Of a DNA stretch of 64,000 nt, positions 1 through 10,573 are shown piece by piece. Source of the stretch: Trypanosoma brucei (lineage: Eukaryota); assembly GCA_000002445.1 (NCBI GenBank), contig CH464491.1, positions 3,872,001-3,936,000 of the forward strand. Reading direction: 5' to 3'. How positions within the stretch are numbered: the stretch's first letter is position 1; each line of letters starts with the position of its first letter. Under the pieces are notes generated by a model, which saw only the letters and a program-made list of their open reading frames with translations, was not told the DNA's origin and did not search any database. The translations under genes were made by a program, and so were the position numbers.

Positions 1-79
1 AAAAAATTAACTGGTTAAGACAGATGAATACAACAAAACGCTTGCGCAAATAAAAAAGAGTGCAAATAATTGGGTAATT

Positions 80-82
<3 letters not shown>

Positions 83-110
<28 letters not shown>
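83..110. repeat. (TA)n microsatellite
   Basis: 'atatatatatatatatatatatatatat'. Confidence 0.95.
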
Positions 111-114
<4 letters not shown>

Positions 115-192
115 AAAAATAACAAGAAGAGAATCACAACTAAAAACAAACACAGAGGATGAATGGAAGGGAGGGGCACGAAAAACGATATC

Positions 193-2652
193 TCACTTGT
201 GGTGTTTCCACGTCGCACAGTACAGTGCAAGCTCCAAGACGGATGGGTTAGACGCCGAAAGGGCTTTGCCATTATTAACCATGCGTTGTAATTCTTTCCA
301 CTTCTTCCACTTTGTCTCAGCCTCCGCAACGTTGGGAAGTGACGAGGAGAAATGCAGTGCCCCGGGATGAACAGTTACCATACGGGGGGAGACATTTATC
401 ATGCGCAATTGAGAGAACTTCTTCACGCGACTCGCAGCAACATAAATGATATGGTTACAGGGAAAGAACCCCTTGCAGTCTAGCAGTATAGAATGATCCA
501 GAGTGAGTCCTTGCGTCTTGTGTACAGTAAATGCATAGGCAGGTACGAGGGGCATTGTGACGACACGTGCAGTACAAAACACTCGGTCTTGCAGATCCGG
601 TAGCGGAAGGGATAACCAAGGTATAGCCACATCCTTTCCGTCAGCGTCCATCCGCACAATGGGAACAATAACGTCGTCATAGTTGACAACGTCAAGCGCC
701 TGTTCCTTCCCATTGCCGCCGTATGAATTTTCTGATGACCCGGCCGAACTGTCACTACTAACCACTGGTCTCCGTGAAAGAGAGGCGTACACTTTCCGCG
801 AAAGTTGGGTTCTGATACCTTTGGGAAATAAATGCCGAGATTTATTTACAGGTTGAAAGCCGATGACGGTACCGGTAGAGCCGTTAACGTACTCATTGCT
901 TAAGTTTCGCAGTAGTATTACCCTACAACCGACCTTTAGTCTCTTGCTTTGGAGTACATTATCACTCTCTATCACCTTCGAGTATGCCTGCTTCAGGGAG
1001 GCGCGCAGAAAAGTACTGAGGGAGTTCTTATGTTTCACTTCAAACAGCACCCTACCAAAAAACCTTCGAGCGGATTTACTTTCGGGCGTGGTACCGTAAT
1101 AACTACGCTCCCATTCTGCTTTCATTTTAGCCACTGGATAGAGACAATCGTACTGCTTACTCACACAAAAGTGTACGTAGACTTTCAGATAGGGTTGTCT
1201 TGAACTATAAGGAGGTGCTACTACAGAAGTGGCTATACCGGAGATGCCACACCGCGTGCATATCTGTCCCACAAACTTCTTCACTTCCCGTTGCCATCTT
1301 CGGGAGGACCTCATCTTCTCTAGGAAGTGCAACACCACCACATCATTACAACCGTCGACGTTGTTTGCTCCTCGACTGTTCGGCGATGCATGACCTTTGG
1401 GGCCGGAAAGACCGGCTGACTCAACTATACTCCGAAATAGATGTTCCTCCCCGTCAAGTTCAAGCATTTTACTTTCATTAAACGCCGCCACAGATCGGCG
1501 GGTGGGATAGAGTTGGATGGCGTTAGGATCTTCCGGATTAACCAACGCAGACCGCATCATGCGACGAGTGAGAACACCTTGACGGAGCTTGTTGAGGTCA
1601 TTCAGAAATGCGGTGTCACCATGCCGCTTAACTTCGCAAAGTTGAAGGTGAAGCAAACAGGTTAAGAAGAGAGGGCTCTCGAAGATTAGACCACTGCTTG
1701 TCCGCTGACGCTCACCTACACAAATATTTTTCACCGCCGACATAATATGTCCCTGGTCTGTGACAGCAGCTGTAGAGCTTACGTCGCTTCTATTTTGTCC
1801 TGCTGTATTCTCGGTGGTTTCGTCCCCTCGGTAACCAATTTTGTTGCCTGCATCACCACCGCCATCTTGAGAAGTACAATTCTCAGTGCTATGCATTAGT
1901 TGCATGAAGTCTCCGCATAATATAACTTGAATGCCACCAAATGGAAGGTGAGGTATCCTTCCAGGTGCCCCGCGGGCGGCAATATCCAGCCCCTCCAAAT
2001 GTCTAGCGTGTAAAAGCGATACTTCATCCACAACAATAACGTCCACTTTGGCAAGAAGACTCTTGCTGTAGCGAAGGATCGAGACGGCACATGATTCGTT
2101 TGTCTCACTGTTACCAACGGAGGTAACTCGTACTCCAAATGTGCTGTGAAAAGTGCTTCCCCCAATGTTGAGTGCAGCTATTCCGGTAGATGCCGTTACG
2201 ACAACGTCAAGGTCCTTCGCCCTTAACGCTGTCACAATACTCTGGATCATATATGACTTACCGACACCAGCACCACCACCAATGAAAAGCGGAGCTCCAT
2301 CAAGGACAAGTGTGAGAGCCCTCCGCTTCTCCTCATTGAGACCGAGTGACGAAAAAGCTGACTCATCACCGCTTGATTTTTCCTTTTCCTGAAGCCCCAG
2401 GTCGTTGTGGCCAGCGCTAGACGCCTGCCGACAGGTCTTCGTGTCTCTTTCCTTGATTTCGTTGACTTCTGCAGCCCCACAACAGGAAGTACTCTCCGGT
2501 GCAGGGGAAAGCTGCCCCCCTTTTTCACCTTCTGCAGCAACGGTCCAAGCAGAAACACCTTTCGCAAGGCGGGATTGCCGTCCTTCTCGCCCCGGTGCAA
2601 AAAGCAGTCTTCCATACGTTAGCAATAGAGTCCTGGTGGAGTTGAGGAGCAT
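193..2652 (-). CDS. PIF1-family 5'-3' DNA helicase (P-loop NTPase)
   Basis: 819-aa ORF. Walker A 'GGGAGVGKSYMIQSIVTALRAKDLDVVVTASTGIAALNIGGSTFHSTFG', Walker B 'VIVVDEVSLL' and a PIF1-like C-terminal region 'AFTVHKTQGLTLD', as in Pif1/RRM3 helicases. Trypanosomatids are known to carry multiple PIF1 paralogues. Confidence 0.85.
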   Translation of the reverse strand: MLLNSTRTLLLTYGRLLFAPGREGRQSRLAKGVSAWTVAAEGEKGGQLSPAPESTSCCGAAEVNEIKERDTKTCRQASSAGHNDLGLQEKEKSSGDESAFSSLGLNEEKRRALTLVLDGAPLFIGGGAGVGKSYMIQSIVTALRAKDLDVVVTASTGIAALNIGGSTFHSTFGVRVTSVGNSETNESCAVSILRYSKSLLAKVDVIVVDEVSLLHARHLEGLDIAARGAPGRIPHLPFGGIQVILCGDFMQLMHSTENCTSQDGGGDAGNKIGYRGDETTENTAGQNRSDVSSTAAVTDQGHIMSAVKNICVGERQRTSSGLIFESPLFLTCLLHLQLCEVKRHGDTAFLNDLNKLRQGVLTRRMMRSALVNPEDPNAIQLYPTRRSVAAFNESKMLELDGEEHLFRSIVESAGLSGPKGHASPNSRGANNVDGCNDVVVLHFLEKMRSSRRWQREVKKFVGQICTRCGISGIATSVVAPPYSSRQPYLKVYVHFCVSKQYDCLYPVAKMKAEWERSYYGTTPESKSARRFFGRVLFEVKHKNSLSTFLRASLKQAYSKVIESDNVLQSKRLKVGCRVILLRNLSNEYVNGSTGTVIGFQPVNKSRHLFPKGIRTQLSRKVYASLSRRPVVSSDSSAGSSENSYGGNGKEQALDVVNYDDVIVPIVRMDADGKDVAIPWLSLPLPDLQDRVFCTARVVTMPLVPAYAFTVHKTQGLTLDHSILLDCKGFFPCNHIIYVAASRVKKFSQLRMINVSPRMVTVHPGALHFSSSLPNVAEAETKWKKWKELQRMVNNGKALSASNPSVLELALYCATWKHHK

Positions 2653-2734
2653 GACGTGGCTCGAGCATTAACCAAGCGACCAACGCGGACAGTGGAGGTT
2701 CACGACATTAGAGGTAACATGCAATGAAAGAAAA

Positions 2735-2760
2735 AAAAGAAAAGAGCAGTAAGTTGTGTG
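2735..2760 (-). promoter_or_regulatory. polypyrimidine tract (on - strand) upstream of PIF1 start; candidate trans-splice acceptor region
   Basis: + strand 'aaagaaaaaaaagaaaagagcag' is a polyY run followed by AG on the minus strand, about 90 nt upstream of the ATG at 2652. Confidence 0.35.
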
Positions 2761-3109
2761 GTGGCCTAAGCCTGCGGCAGTGACGGTGTGCAGTCCCCCT
2801 TAACAACTACAGTACACACAAACAAACAGGAAATACATGCCGTTGGGGTCATATGCACTTACTCCCCTCGGGTAGTGAAGGTAAAACAGGTGTACGAACG
2901 AATAAATAAAATTTATAACTGACCAACATGTACCAAAACAATAAAAAGATTAAACAACAATTTAGAAAATCTAAAAGTCAGCATATTTCTTCATTATGAT
3001 AACTGCATATAGGTGACAGATGTGGGGCGTGTGGGAATGGAGACAAACGTCTAAACAAGAAATATTGAGTTGAGCCTACAGCTTGTTTTCCGCCGTTTAT
3101 TCTATAAAT

Positions 3110-4531
3110 CTATCGCTGACGCAGATTGCACTGCAGTTCCGAAGTTCTATGCATCTGACCAGTTCTTCGTGTAGGCCCCGACTCGGCCCGTTGCTGCATG
3201 GGTGAACCCCGGATTCTGGGTTCCACCGGGTTCCGACTACACTGTGCTCTAAGTTTAGTGCGCAGGTCCAAGAGTTGGCGGTGTTCTTCGGGTGATAAAT
3301 ACACAGAATGACATCGGGCCTCTGGTAGTAGGTACTCCCCTGTATCACCACGAGAAACAATGACGCCGCGGAGTCTGAGAAGGGCAAAGAGCTCTGCTCC
3401 CGTTAAAATGTCCAGGACGGTTCTCTGCGGAGCCGTTTTGCGCGGCAAAACAGGGCGGACGGGGTCGCCACCGACTTGTGATGGGGTCCTTCCTCGAGGT
3501 CCTGAGTTTCCCCTAATCGTGTTTTTACACGAAACACTCTTTTCGGTAACGCGAGGAGAACCTGGAGAGTGCGGTGCGCGGGCGAAAATGGGGCGCATGA
3601 AGTTTGTGCCTTGTACTCGGTGTTGGCATGACCCACGCGAAACCAGAGGCCGAGAAACTTCAGTAACAACGGAACTGCTGCGGACTGTAGGGCGTTTATC
3701 TTCCCCAGCGCACAGATACTCTGTGTCTAACGCACACGAACCACAACCCTTGTCCACATACTGTTTGTATTGTTTCTCAGAACTTTCCCTGACTGGCCCT
3801 TGCGTTTTGTTACTAGGTGTTTCTGCTGTGGCAGTCCATGGCTCATGCAGCGGGCTGTTCTCTGCAGCACTGTTTGAGATATTTCGTTGCTCCACTGGTA
3901 GGTTGTTGACGGATCCCACAGTATCTGAAGGGTGATTACTGCTTGATACCTTTTTGCGCAGCTTCTCACGGAGACGGATCTCCATTGCCTGGAGGGGGTC
4001 AAAAGAGCCACCTACCAGATGAGTTAAGGGTTGAGACGACGACACGTGCACCTGCCTTTCCGCTTGTAAAACTCCCGCTTGTGGGGGACCCCCATTAATG
4101 TTATTATTTTTTGTGTACGGTGCTCCAAGTTGATACGTTGTTTTGATGCTCTCTTGCTCCTTTATGCCCGAGTCACACATTTCTACCTCCTCCACGAGTG
4201 CTGTGGTGCTCCCTTTCCTTCGTGAAGTGTTAAGTGTCTTTATGTTACCATCACCCGCTTCTTCACGGAGCACTGATAGTTTCTCTTCCTTCGTAAAGAT
4301 GCGCTCCGCACTTGATGAAATCGAAGTCTGGCGTTTACGGGGGAGTTCCTCATCAGCTGCGTGTGAAACGATGCTATTCCTTTCATCCTGTTGATAAACT
4401 TCAGGTGATCTGCCGGGCACAAACCCAGCATCAAATTCTTCATCACGCTGAAGGCACTGGCTTATGTTCATTAAACGATCACGCATCTCGTTAATTTTGC
4501 AGTCGACATCGGCCAAAGATTCTGAGGGCAT
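3110..4531 (-). CDS. hypothetical protein, Ser/Arg/Pro-rich (473 aa)
   Basis: Long minus-strand ORF in the same orientation as its neighbours. Low-complexity S/R/P-rich sequence with no recognisable catalytic motif. Confidence 0.5.
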   Translation of the reverse strand: MPSESLADVDCKINEMRDRLMNISQCLQRDEEFDAGFVPGRSPEVYQQDERNSIVSHAADEELPRKRQTSISSSAERIFTKEEKLSVLREEAGDGNIKTLNTSRRKGSTTALVEEVEMCDSGIKEQESIKTTYQLGAPYTKNNNINGGPPQAGVLQAERQVHVSSSQPLTHLVGGSFDPLQAMEIRLREKLRKKVSSSNHPSDTVGSVNNLPVEQRNISNSAAENSPLHEPWTATAETPSNKTQGPVRESSEKQYKQYVDKGCGSCALDTEYLCAGEDKRPTVRSSSVVTEVSRPLVSRGSCQHRVQGTNFMRPIFARAPHSPGSPRVTEKSVSCKNTIRGNSGPRGRTPSQVGGDPVRPVLPRKTAPQRTVLDILTGAELFALLRLRGVIVSRGDTGEYLLPEARCHSVYLSPEEHRQLLDLRTKLRAQCSRNPVEPRIRGSPMQQRAESGPTRRTGQMHRTSELQCNLRQR

Positions 4532-4866
4532 TCACAATGAGTCCACTAATATGTACAAAGAGGAAGGTAAACAAAATACAGTACCGGTATAAAAGTATAT
4601 GGAAAGCCTATAGAGACAAGTGACAAAGCTAGTGTGAACGGTTTAACGTTACTTGGAACTGACAACAGCCGATTTGAGTACCCATGTCAGAGCGGTTCAT
4701 GTTAAATACAGTGAAAATCGCGACACAACAACAAAAAAAAATTCTCAATACAACCTCATACAATGTCACCGTTTTCACCTAGCGCAGTGATACGCGGTTC
4801 CCGTCGTGCGCAACATACCCTCAAACCCACATCGGGAAAGAGTGGTGTACGAGTCCAAAATGCATA

Positions 4867-5808
4867 TCACTTATGATGAATGATGCGTCTCACCGCCGTC
4901 TCCAAATCCCGCCATACCGGAAAGAATTTCTTATTGTGTTTACAAACATTGATTACTTCCAACTGGGAGGTTAGTTCGTTTTCCATAATGTCACGGGAAG
5001 TTTTCCTCCCTGCTACTCGCCTCCTCTCGCTAATGGCACGAAGAAGTCCTTGGTCACCGCTCACAACAATCAAAGGCATATGAACCATTGCGTACGCAAT
5101 TTGCATAATGACACCGTCAGCTGCCTGCTGTTGACCACCACATGGTGTAAAGTGCAAACGCCCCTCGTCCGCGAGGTGCTTCCACACACTTTTCTTTCCT
5201 TGGCCCCAATTCAAGTTATTCACATCGCTATGTCTGGCATCAGCCTCGGACCCGCTGTTGCGTTGGCAAACGACATGTGCATCGGGCAACACTCCATGAT
5301 AACGTGCGAAGCATGAGCTAAAGAAACTCCACACAAATAAGTGATCCAGTACATTGATGTTACTGCCTTCACTTCTCCGCGGTGGGACGCTTTTGAATTG
5401 ATTGAAACCGTAGTTGTCTAGGTCAAGTAGCAAAACAACAGTTTTCCTACCCCCAACCCTGTCCCCTGTCGGCCTCAAATCCCTTTTAAACCGCCCCTGC
5501 AACTTTGAAAGACTCGATGACGCCTTCAACACTTCACAGTAGACACAGTGGCATTCATCACTGACCCACGAATCTCCGTTAATAAGTTTTTCATCATACA
5601 TTCTTGTGGCACCGTCAGCAGGCCCCGCCACACAGGAGAAACCTTCGCTCCCTGGGCGATGTAACTGCACCACGAGAGCGTCGTCATTAGGCGTTAGGGC
5701 AGAAGAACTGCCACTATCTTGAATCGAAGAACAAGCACACTCAGAAACACCTCCCGGTGCGGAGGAGGAATTATCTGCCTCAGCATCGAAGTCTAACTCA
5801 GCGAACAT
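4867..5808 (-). CDS. Zc3h12a/Regnase-like NYN-domain (PIN-like RNase) protein, putative
   Basis: 'RKTVVLLLDLDNYGFN' and 'DGVIMQIAYAMVHMPLIVVSGDQGLLRAISERR' align with the Zc3h12a NYN core 'RPVVIDGSNVA ... [29 protein letters not shown]', keeping the conserved Asp positions. The start is reassigned to the internal Met 'MFAELDFD' at 5808, because the upstream ORF extension 'MWSLSLSLSIYIYIY' is only a translation of the (TA)n(GA)n microsatellite. Confidence 0.5.
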   Translation of the reverse strand: MFAELDFDAEADNSSSAPGGVSECACSSIQDSGSSSALTPNDDALVVQLHRPGSEGFSCVAGPADGATRMYDEKLINGDSWVSDECHCVYCEVLKASSSLSKLQGRFKRDLRPTGDRVGGRKTVVLLLDLDNYGFNQFKSVPPRRSEGSNINVLDHLFVWSFFSSCFARYHGVLPDAHVVCQRNSGSEADARHSDVNNLNWGQGKKSVWKHLADEGRLHFTPCGGQQQAADGVIMQIAYAMVHMPLIVVSGDQGLLRAISERRRVAGRKTSRDIMENELTSQLEVINVCKHNKKFFPVWRDLETAVRRIIHHK

Positions 5809-5820
5809 ATAACTTGAATA

Positions 5821-5824
5821 TATG

Positions 5825-5868
<44 letters not shown>
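5821..5868. repeat. compound microsatellite (TA)n(GA)n
   Basis: 'tatgtatatatatatatatatatatatagagagagagagagagagag', immediately 5' (on the minus strand) of the NYN-like gene. Confidence 0.95.
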
Positions 5869-6169
5869 CCACACAAAAGAAACGTAAAACCTCCCTCTGC
5901 CGCCACTAGAGCTGGGATGCTGAAGAGAAGAAAAAAAAAGGCAGAAGGTGGTAAAATGGAAATCTGCAGTATTGGGAGCATCTTAACCGAGTAATTACGG
6001 AATGTGCATGAGAAAAAAGAAATGGAATGAGTTACAGATAAGTTTGTACGAGCGTGCGAGCACATTCATGTGTCTTCCTATGAATGCACACGAAAACAGT
6101 TGAAGGAAAGGCCCCGATAACAACTGCAATGACGTGTAGATGCATGCACAGTGCATGCAACCTTGTTGA

Positions 6170-8308
6170 TTACTCTTTACGCAGCCTTTTATAGTCTCGC
6201 TCCTCATGGCCAACATCAACATGTGTGCCATTCACCATTTGTTGCGCCCCATGTAGTGCTGATCTCCTCTCACTACTCACAGAAAAGAGGGAAACGCGGC
6301 GACTGCCACGAAGGCCTCCCTCAACAACAAAGCCAGAAGAAAGGAAATCAGTCCAGGCATCAGTGACAATGTCGCTCACTGCTGCGGGCGACAGTCGCTG
6401 AAGTGAAAGGTAGTGCCGGTGCAACTCGCAAACAAAATCATCCGCAGGTGCGTGCTCAGCACCATGTACGCGTAGAGTACGACGGAGTGAATTCAAAACA
6501 GAAGTCATGGACCCTACCCAGCTCGTCAGCAGAGTTCCATCCGCATTTTTGTCCAGTTGACTCATCTCTTTGAAACCAAGGTCAACCATGGGGAGGAGCA
6601 GCTGCCTGACGTCTACTGCGCAGGATATTCCGTGACACAAAAGAAGCAGCCTCGACTCCACAACGGAGCTCCGAACAACAATTAACATCAACGGGATGCT
6701 CAAACAAAAACGCGTTCCACTTGCACATAAATCAGAACACGCACGTCGAATACCACGAAGAAATGCGCCAATGGCCGTGTGCTTCAACCACTCAGCAACC
6801 GTGTTCCCTGCAACGCATTTAAGTTTGTCCTTCACGCTCTCCTCGCACCGCTTCGACACCACGGCAGCCTTGTACACGTCTAGGCACCGCAGGACAGAAA
6901 GGCACACAAACTGCACAGCCTCCACAGCCGAATTGTAATCCACATCGGTCTCTCCACTACAGTAAGCAGACATCACCCATTTGAGCAACTCTGTGTGTCT
7001 CTGCAACAGAAACTCCCAAAGATCCGTATCCAGAAACAATGGGATGTCGCCCCTGTGACGTTCCCCTGTGTAAGCTTCAAACCATCTCAGTAACAATGAG
7101 AGGAGAAACTCAAGACGCTCCAGGTTAGCAGAAGGTGGCGACGACGGATTACACTCCACGATGGATTGCACAGCGGTTGCAAATGCGGTCACCGATCTAA
7201 CGGCTTTACAACTAATGCAACGCACGAGTTCTTCGGGAAACTTAAGCGCTGTTGCATCAGTGCCACACGACCTCTCTTCCTCTTCAACCCCACATTCATA
7301 TTCCTCCTCAACTCCTTTTTGTTGCAATTTGCTCTGCGATTGATGTTTAACGAACTTGTCATGAGCCAGAATGCACCACAGCCCCTTAAGAGTATCCCCC
7401 GCCCTCTTCAGTAACACTCGCTGCTTCGACTCGTTGACCTCAAACGACTTGTAATCTTCAAGTAATTCACCACTAACAAGTTCCAAACTAGGGACATCAA
7501 AGTCACGCTTGAAGCTACGCCTGATAAGTACCTCTGCAGCTTCTTCATGCCGTTCCAGAAGCAAAGTGTCAGTAAGCCACAAACGCTCCGCCTTACCCAC
7601 AGAAGCATAGAAACCGAACAGATGGGCTGATTCGCAAGCAAGCCTCTGAAAACTATAAAGCTCTCGGAAGTACCGTTTTCGCAAAAGAATGGCACCCTCC
7701 CCCATATCATCCGCACTCTCCTCTGCTGCTATACGAACTTCTTCCAAGTCCGCGCCATTACCATCCATTCCGTCTCCTGCAACAGGCGAGACGGAGATAA
7801 TTTCATCTTCGTGAGGGAATCGGGAGACAAGGAGTTTCAGACGCAGCGAGCAACTATCCACAGTACCCCAGAAAGCAACAACAAATTGCTCACGCTGCTG
7901 GGAAAGAAATGCGCCACACAGAACTTCCAATTCACAACATCCTGTGTGAAGGGTGGTACTTGAACCATTACTACTGTTTCCGCCATCAGTGCCGTTGTTG
8001 TTTGTGTGATCCATAAACTCACAAAGCCCTTCTTGCCATTTTCTCCAATGCAATGGTCGAAGGACAATCAGTTGTGATGCCTTCATGTAGACGTTATGGT
8101 AATGCCTAACCGCCTCGCACACCGCTGAAGTGGGTAGTGACGCCAAGGGTGGTAAAAGGAGGGGGTCACACCGCGCAGCCTCCAGAGTTCGGAGCGTATT
8201 ATCCCACTCTTTGATGGAAAAACATACCGCGTCTCCAAGCAACGCCGAGCCCACACTGCAGAATTTGTTCACCTGTTGCTTTGAACGAACACTACGCAGA
8301 GCAGCCAT
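6170..8308 (-). CDS. hypothetical protein (712 aa)
   Basis: Long uninterrupted minus-strand ORF with no recognisable motif. Typical of kinetoplastid conserved hypotheticals. Confidence 0.55.
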   Translation of the reverse strand: MAALRSVRSKQQVNKFCSVGSALLGDAVCFSIKEWDNTLRTLEAARCDPLLLPPLASLPTSAVCEAVRHYHNVYMKASQLIVLRPLHWRKWQEGLCEFMDHTNNNGTDGGNSSNGSSTTLHTGCCELEVLCGAFLSQQREQFVVAFWGTVDSCSLRLKLLVSRFPHEDEIISVSPVAGDGMDGNGADLEEVRIAAEESADDMGEGAILLRKRYFRELYSFQRLACESAHLFGFYASVGKAERLWLTDTLLLERHEEAAEVLIRRSFKRDFDVPSLELVSGELLEDYKSFEVNESKQRVLLKRAGDTLKGLWCILAHDKFVKHQSQSKLQQKGVEEEYECGVEEEERSCGTDATALKFPEELVRCISCKAVRSVTAFATAVQSIVECNPSSPPSANLERLEFLLSLLLRWFEAYTGERHRGDIPLFLDTDLWEFLLQRHTELLKWVMSAYCSGETDVDYNSAVEAVQFVCLSVLRCLDVYKAAVVSKRCEESVKDKLKCVAGNTVAEWLKHTAIGAFLRGIRRACSDLCASGTRFCLSIPLMLIVVRSSVVESRLLLLCHGISCAVDVRQLLLPMVDLGFKEMSQLDKNADGTLLTSWVGSMTSVLNSLRRTLRVHGAEHAPADDFVCELHRHYLSLQRLSPAAVSDIVTDAWTDFLSSGFVVEGGLRGSRRVSLFSVSSERRSALHGAQQMVNGTHVDVGHEERDYKRLRKE

Positions 8309-8500
8309 TATTCGTACTTCAGTGCCCTGCTAAAACAGAAGGCCAGTATGTGTGCGAAGACCAGGGTGGTATCCTGCCGCCACTCGAGGAATATTACGTT
8401 CCAACGTCGCTGTTCGTGTGCCGGGAGGTAACGCACATGCTTCCGTAGTAATAATAGGTAGACAAATAGAAATGGCGACCGTGAAAAAAAAAAAATAATA

Positions 8501-8540
8501 ACACACACACACACACACACAGACAGAGAGGGAGAGAGAG
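8501..8540. repeat. microsatellite (AC)n followed by (GA)n-like tract
   Basis: 'acacacacacacacacacacagacagagagggagagagag', preceded by an A13 run. Confidence 0.9.
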
Positions 8541-8962
8541 CATACAATTCGAGCAAGGGCAGTGGCGCCACCACTTCAAGATAGTAAAAATGGAAGACAA
8601 ATTAGAGACTGCTCACGTAGGTTAACACCCACGGGCAGGTACAGCATTATTTTTTTAATCTACTACTTTTTTAAAAAGGTAGAGTTGTGAACTTGAGCTG
8701 CGCCAATATGAGAGCATGCGATGAGCACATACGCGCAACGCACGTCTCGTTATGCGCATTGTGGATTCACTGCTTCTGTACAGCAAAATCACACTTCAGT
8801 ACGCCCTTCAAATTTTCCCATGCATTTTCGAGATATTGTTCAACTGTTCAGCTCTGCAGAACTACTCCCTTCAAATGAAACGTCCTCCTTCTTCTTTTAT
8901 ATAACAAAAGGTTTTCAAACCAATTGTGCAAGTCTATAAATATCAGCAGTGCCCGGTGGCCG

Positions 8963-8981
8963 ATATATATATATATATATA
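8963..8981. repeat. (TA)n microsatellite
   Basis: 'atatatatatatatatata', intergenic. Confidence 0.9.
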
Positions 8982-9055
8982 ACTGTGATGACAAAAACAA
9001 AGTGCCCGGGTTAGTGGGAGGTAATGGCCCACACACACATCTAGACTCATCACCA

Positions 9056-9727
9056 TTACATCTTCCTTACACATGCCATTTTGGCAAAGAAATCGGATAA
9101 CTTCATTTGACTTTTTGGAGGTGTTGGAATGCCCCCTTGAGCACGTAAGGGAGATTTGCCAGTTGGCGTTGTATTTCCCACTCCACTAATCCCACTTTTT
9201 ATGGCATCCCCTTGTGGAAAGAGTTCGCAAACTGTGGGAACCGCAGAAGTGGAGTCATTGTTGTTTTCCATAATGTCTGTAGAGCTGGGATGGTCAGGGG
9301 AACCGGAAAATGGGCTCAGAAGTGCAGACGAGCCATGCTGTGATGACGGCGACACATCACCCTTTACCACCTTCGGCACGGTAGGTGGATTATTTCCCCT
9401 GAAACATGTGGAAGGTGTTTGTTCCTGTGATGTGGTGGCTGTTGTGGTAGTGGTGGTGGCACCACTGGGTGATGGGTGGTCTAACCGGTCGACGAGGTTC
9501 ACCTTCACGACCCCAGCGGCAAATGCAAATGCAGCCATTTTCTCCACACCATCTCCACCACGGCGTGCAATATTCAACTCCGCCGCTGAACTATTACCCT
9601 CTGCGATGACATTTGTTCTTTCGACTGGCACCCCATTATGCAACATCGAATCTGCCATAACAGGTTCAGTGCGCATAACCTTCGTTGGTGGATTGTATTC
9701 ATCGTCGTCATCCAAAAGCAAACTCAT
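9056..9727 (-). CDS. hypothetical Ser/Thr/Pro-rich protein with C-terminal PIP-box-like motif
   Basis: 223-aa ORF whose C-terminus 'KSQMKLSDFFAKMACVRKM' matches the PCNA-interacting peptide consensus Q-x-x-[LIM]-x-x-[FY]-[FY] with flanking basic residues. The remainder is low-complexity, including a poly-Thr run. Confidence 0.45.
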   Translation of the reverse strand: MSLLLDDDDEYNPPTKVMRTEPVMADSMLHNGVPVERTNVIAEGNSSAAELNIARRGGDGVEKMAAFAFAAGVVKVNLVDRLDHPSPSGATTTTTTATTSQEQTPSTCFRGNNPPTVPKVVKGDVSPSSQHGSSALLSPFSGSPDHPSSTDIMENNNDSTSAVPTVCELFPQGDAIKSGISGVGNTTPTGKSPLRAQGGIPTPPKSQMKLSDFFAKMACVRKM

Positions 9728-10573
9728 CTTCGGCCCTCTCAGCTTTCACACGTCCTTTTGTGTTTCCGTAAAAGTTTTCAGCCCTTGAACAAACGCAAAT
9801 TCTTTAAAATATAAAAATACATGTACATAAAGTGGTAAAAAAATAACAATGAAAATAGAGGGGAACATGGAAATGTTACAATGAGCATTGAAACACAGTA
9901 CAAGTAGTCACCAGAGTGTAGTGTATCGGAGGAGGTGCGATATATTCAAAAAAAATGTACACATATCTTTTTAAAAGGTACAATAAAGGTACAAATACGG
10001 GGGCACCGCCGAATGGGCACATAGTCCCGCAGTAGGAACCAAATCATGTCCTTCAAGGGAAGGGTTAGCTGCAGGGGTATAGCAAGAAAGAAAACGGGAA
10101 AAAATACAAGGCAACATAATGAAAACAACACAAACAAAATCAACCGCTCCTTTAAATAGAGATACAAAAATGCCTTTCCTTTCCCCCTTCCCTCACTACA
10201 TATTTCCTCTCATTTCCTCCCTGAACCCCAACAAAACCTCGTTTGGTAGTTGCATGCGCTCCCTGTGACGAAATAAAATCAGTGACAATACAACATTATG
10301 ATACATCACTTGACAGGTACAAAAAAATAATGGACAGACGAAGACGACTGTAACGGATCGGTTATCTCCAAATAAAAGTACAACGTATACGCATATATAT
10401 ATAATATTTTACTTAGCCACGCCGTATAACTGCGTACATAGATGGACGAGAGACAAATGTTCATGTGCCCACCTCTGTCTGCATATATTCACGCTTATGC
10501 AAAACTAAGAGCACACGTGACGATGTTTCCCTGAAAATACAAAAAAAAATCAAGAAAGACAGTCACTTCCTAC

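Noticed and set aside
863-2671. Multiple 70-130-aa plus-strand ORFs (863..1099, 949..1203, 1200..1481, 2153..2392, 2405..2671)
   Set aside because: All lie antisense within the PIF1 helicase CDS and show no domain signatures. They are typical shadow ORFs.
5809-5874. N-terminal extension 'MWSLSLSLSIYIYIYIYIY' of the 4867..5874 ORF
   Set aside because: It is a translation of the (TA)n(GA)n microsatellite. The true start is most likely the downstream Met at 5808.
9156-9788. 210-aa plus-strand ORF
   Set aside because: Overlaps the minus-strand PIP-box ORF over its full length and is opposite to the polycistron orientation. Its composition (poly-Val) is dictated by the antisense poly-Thr tract.
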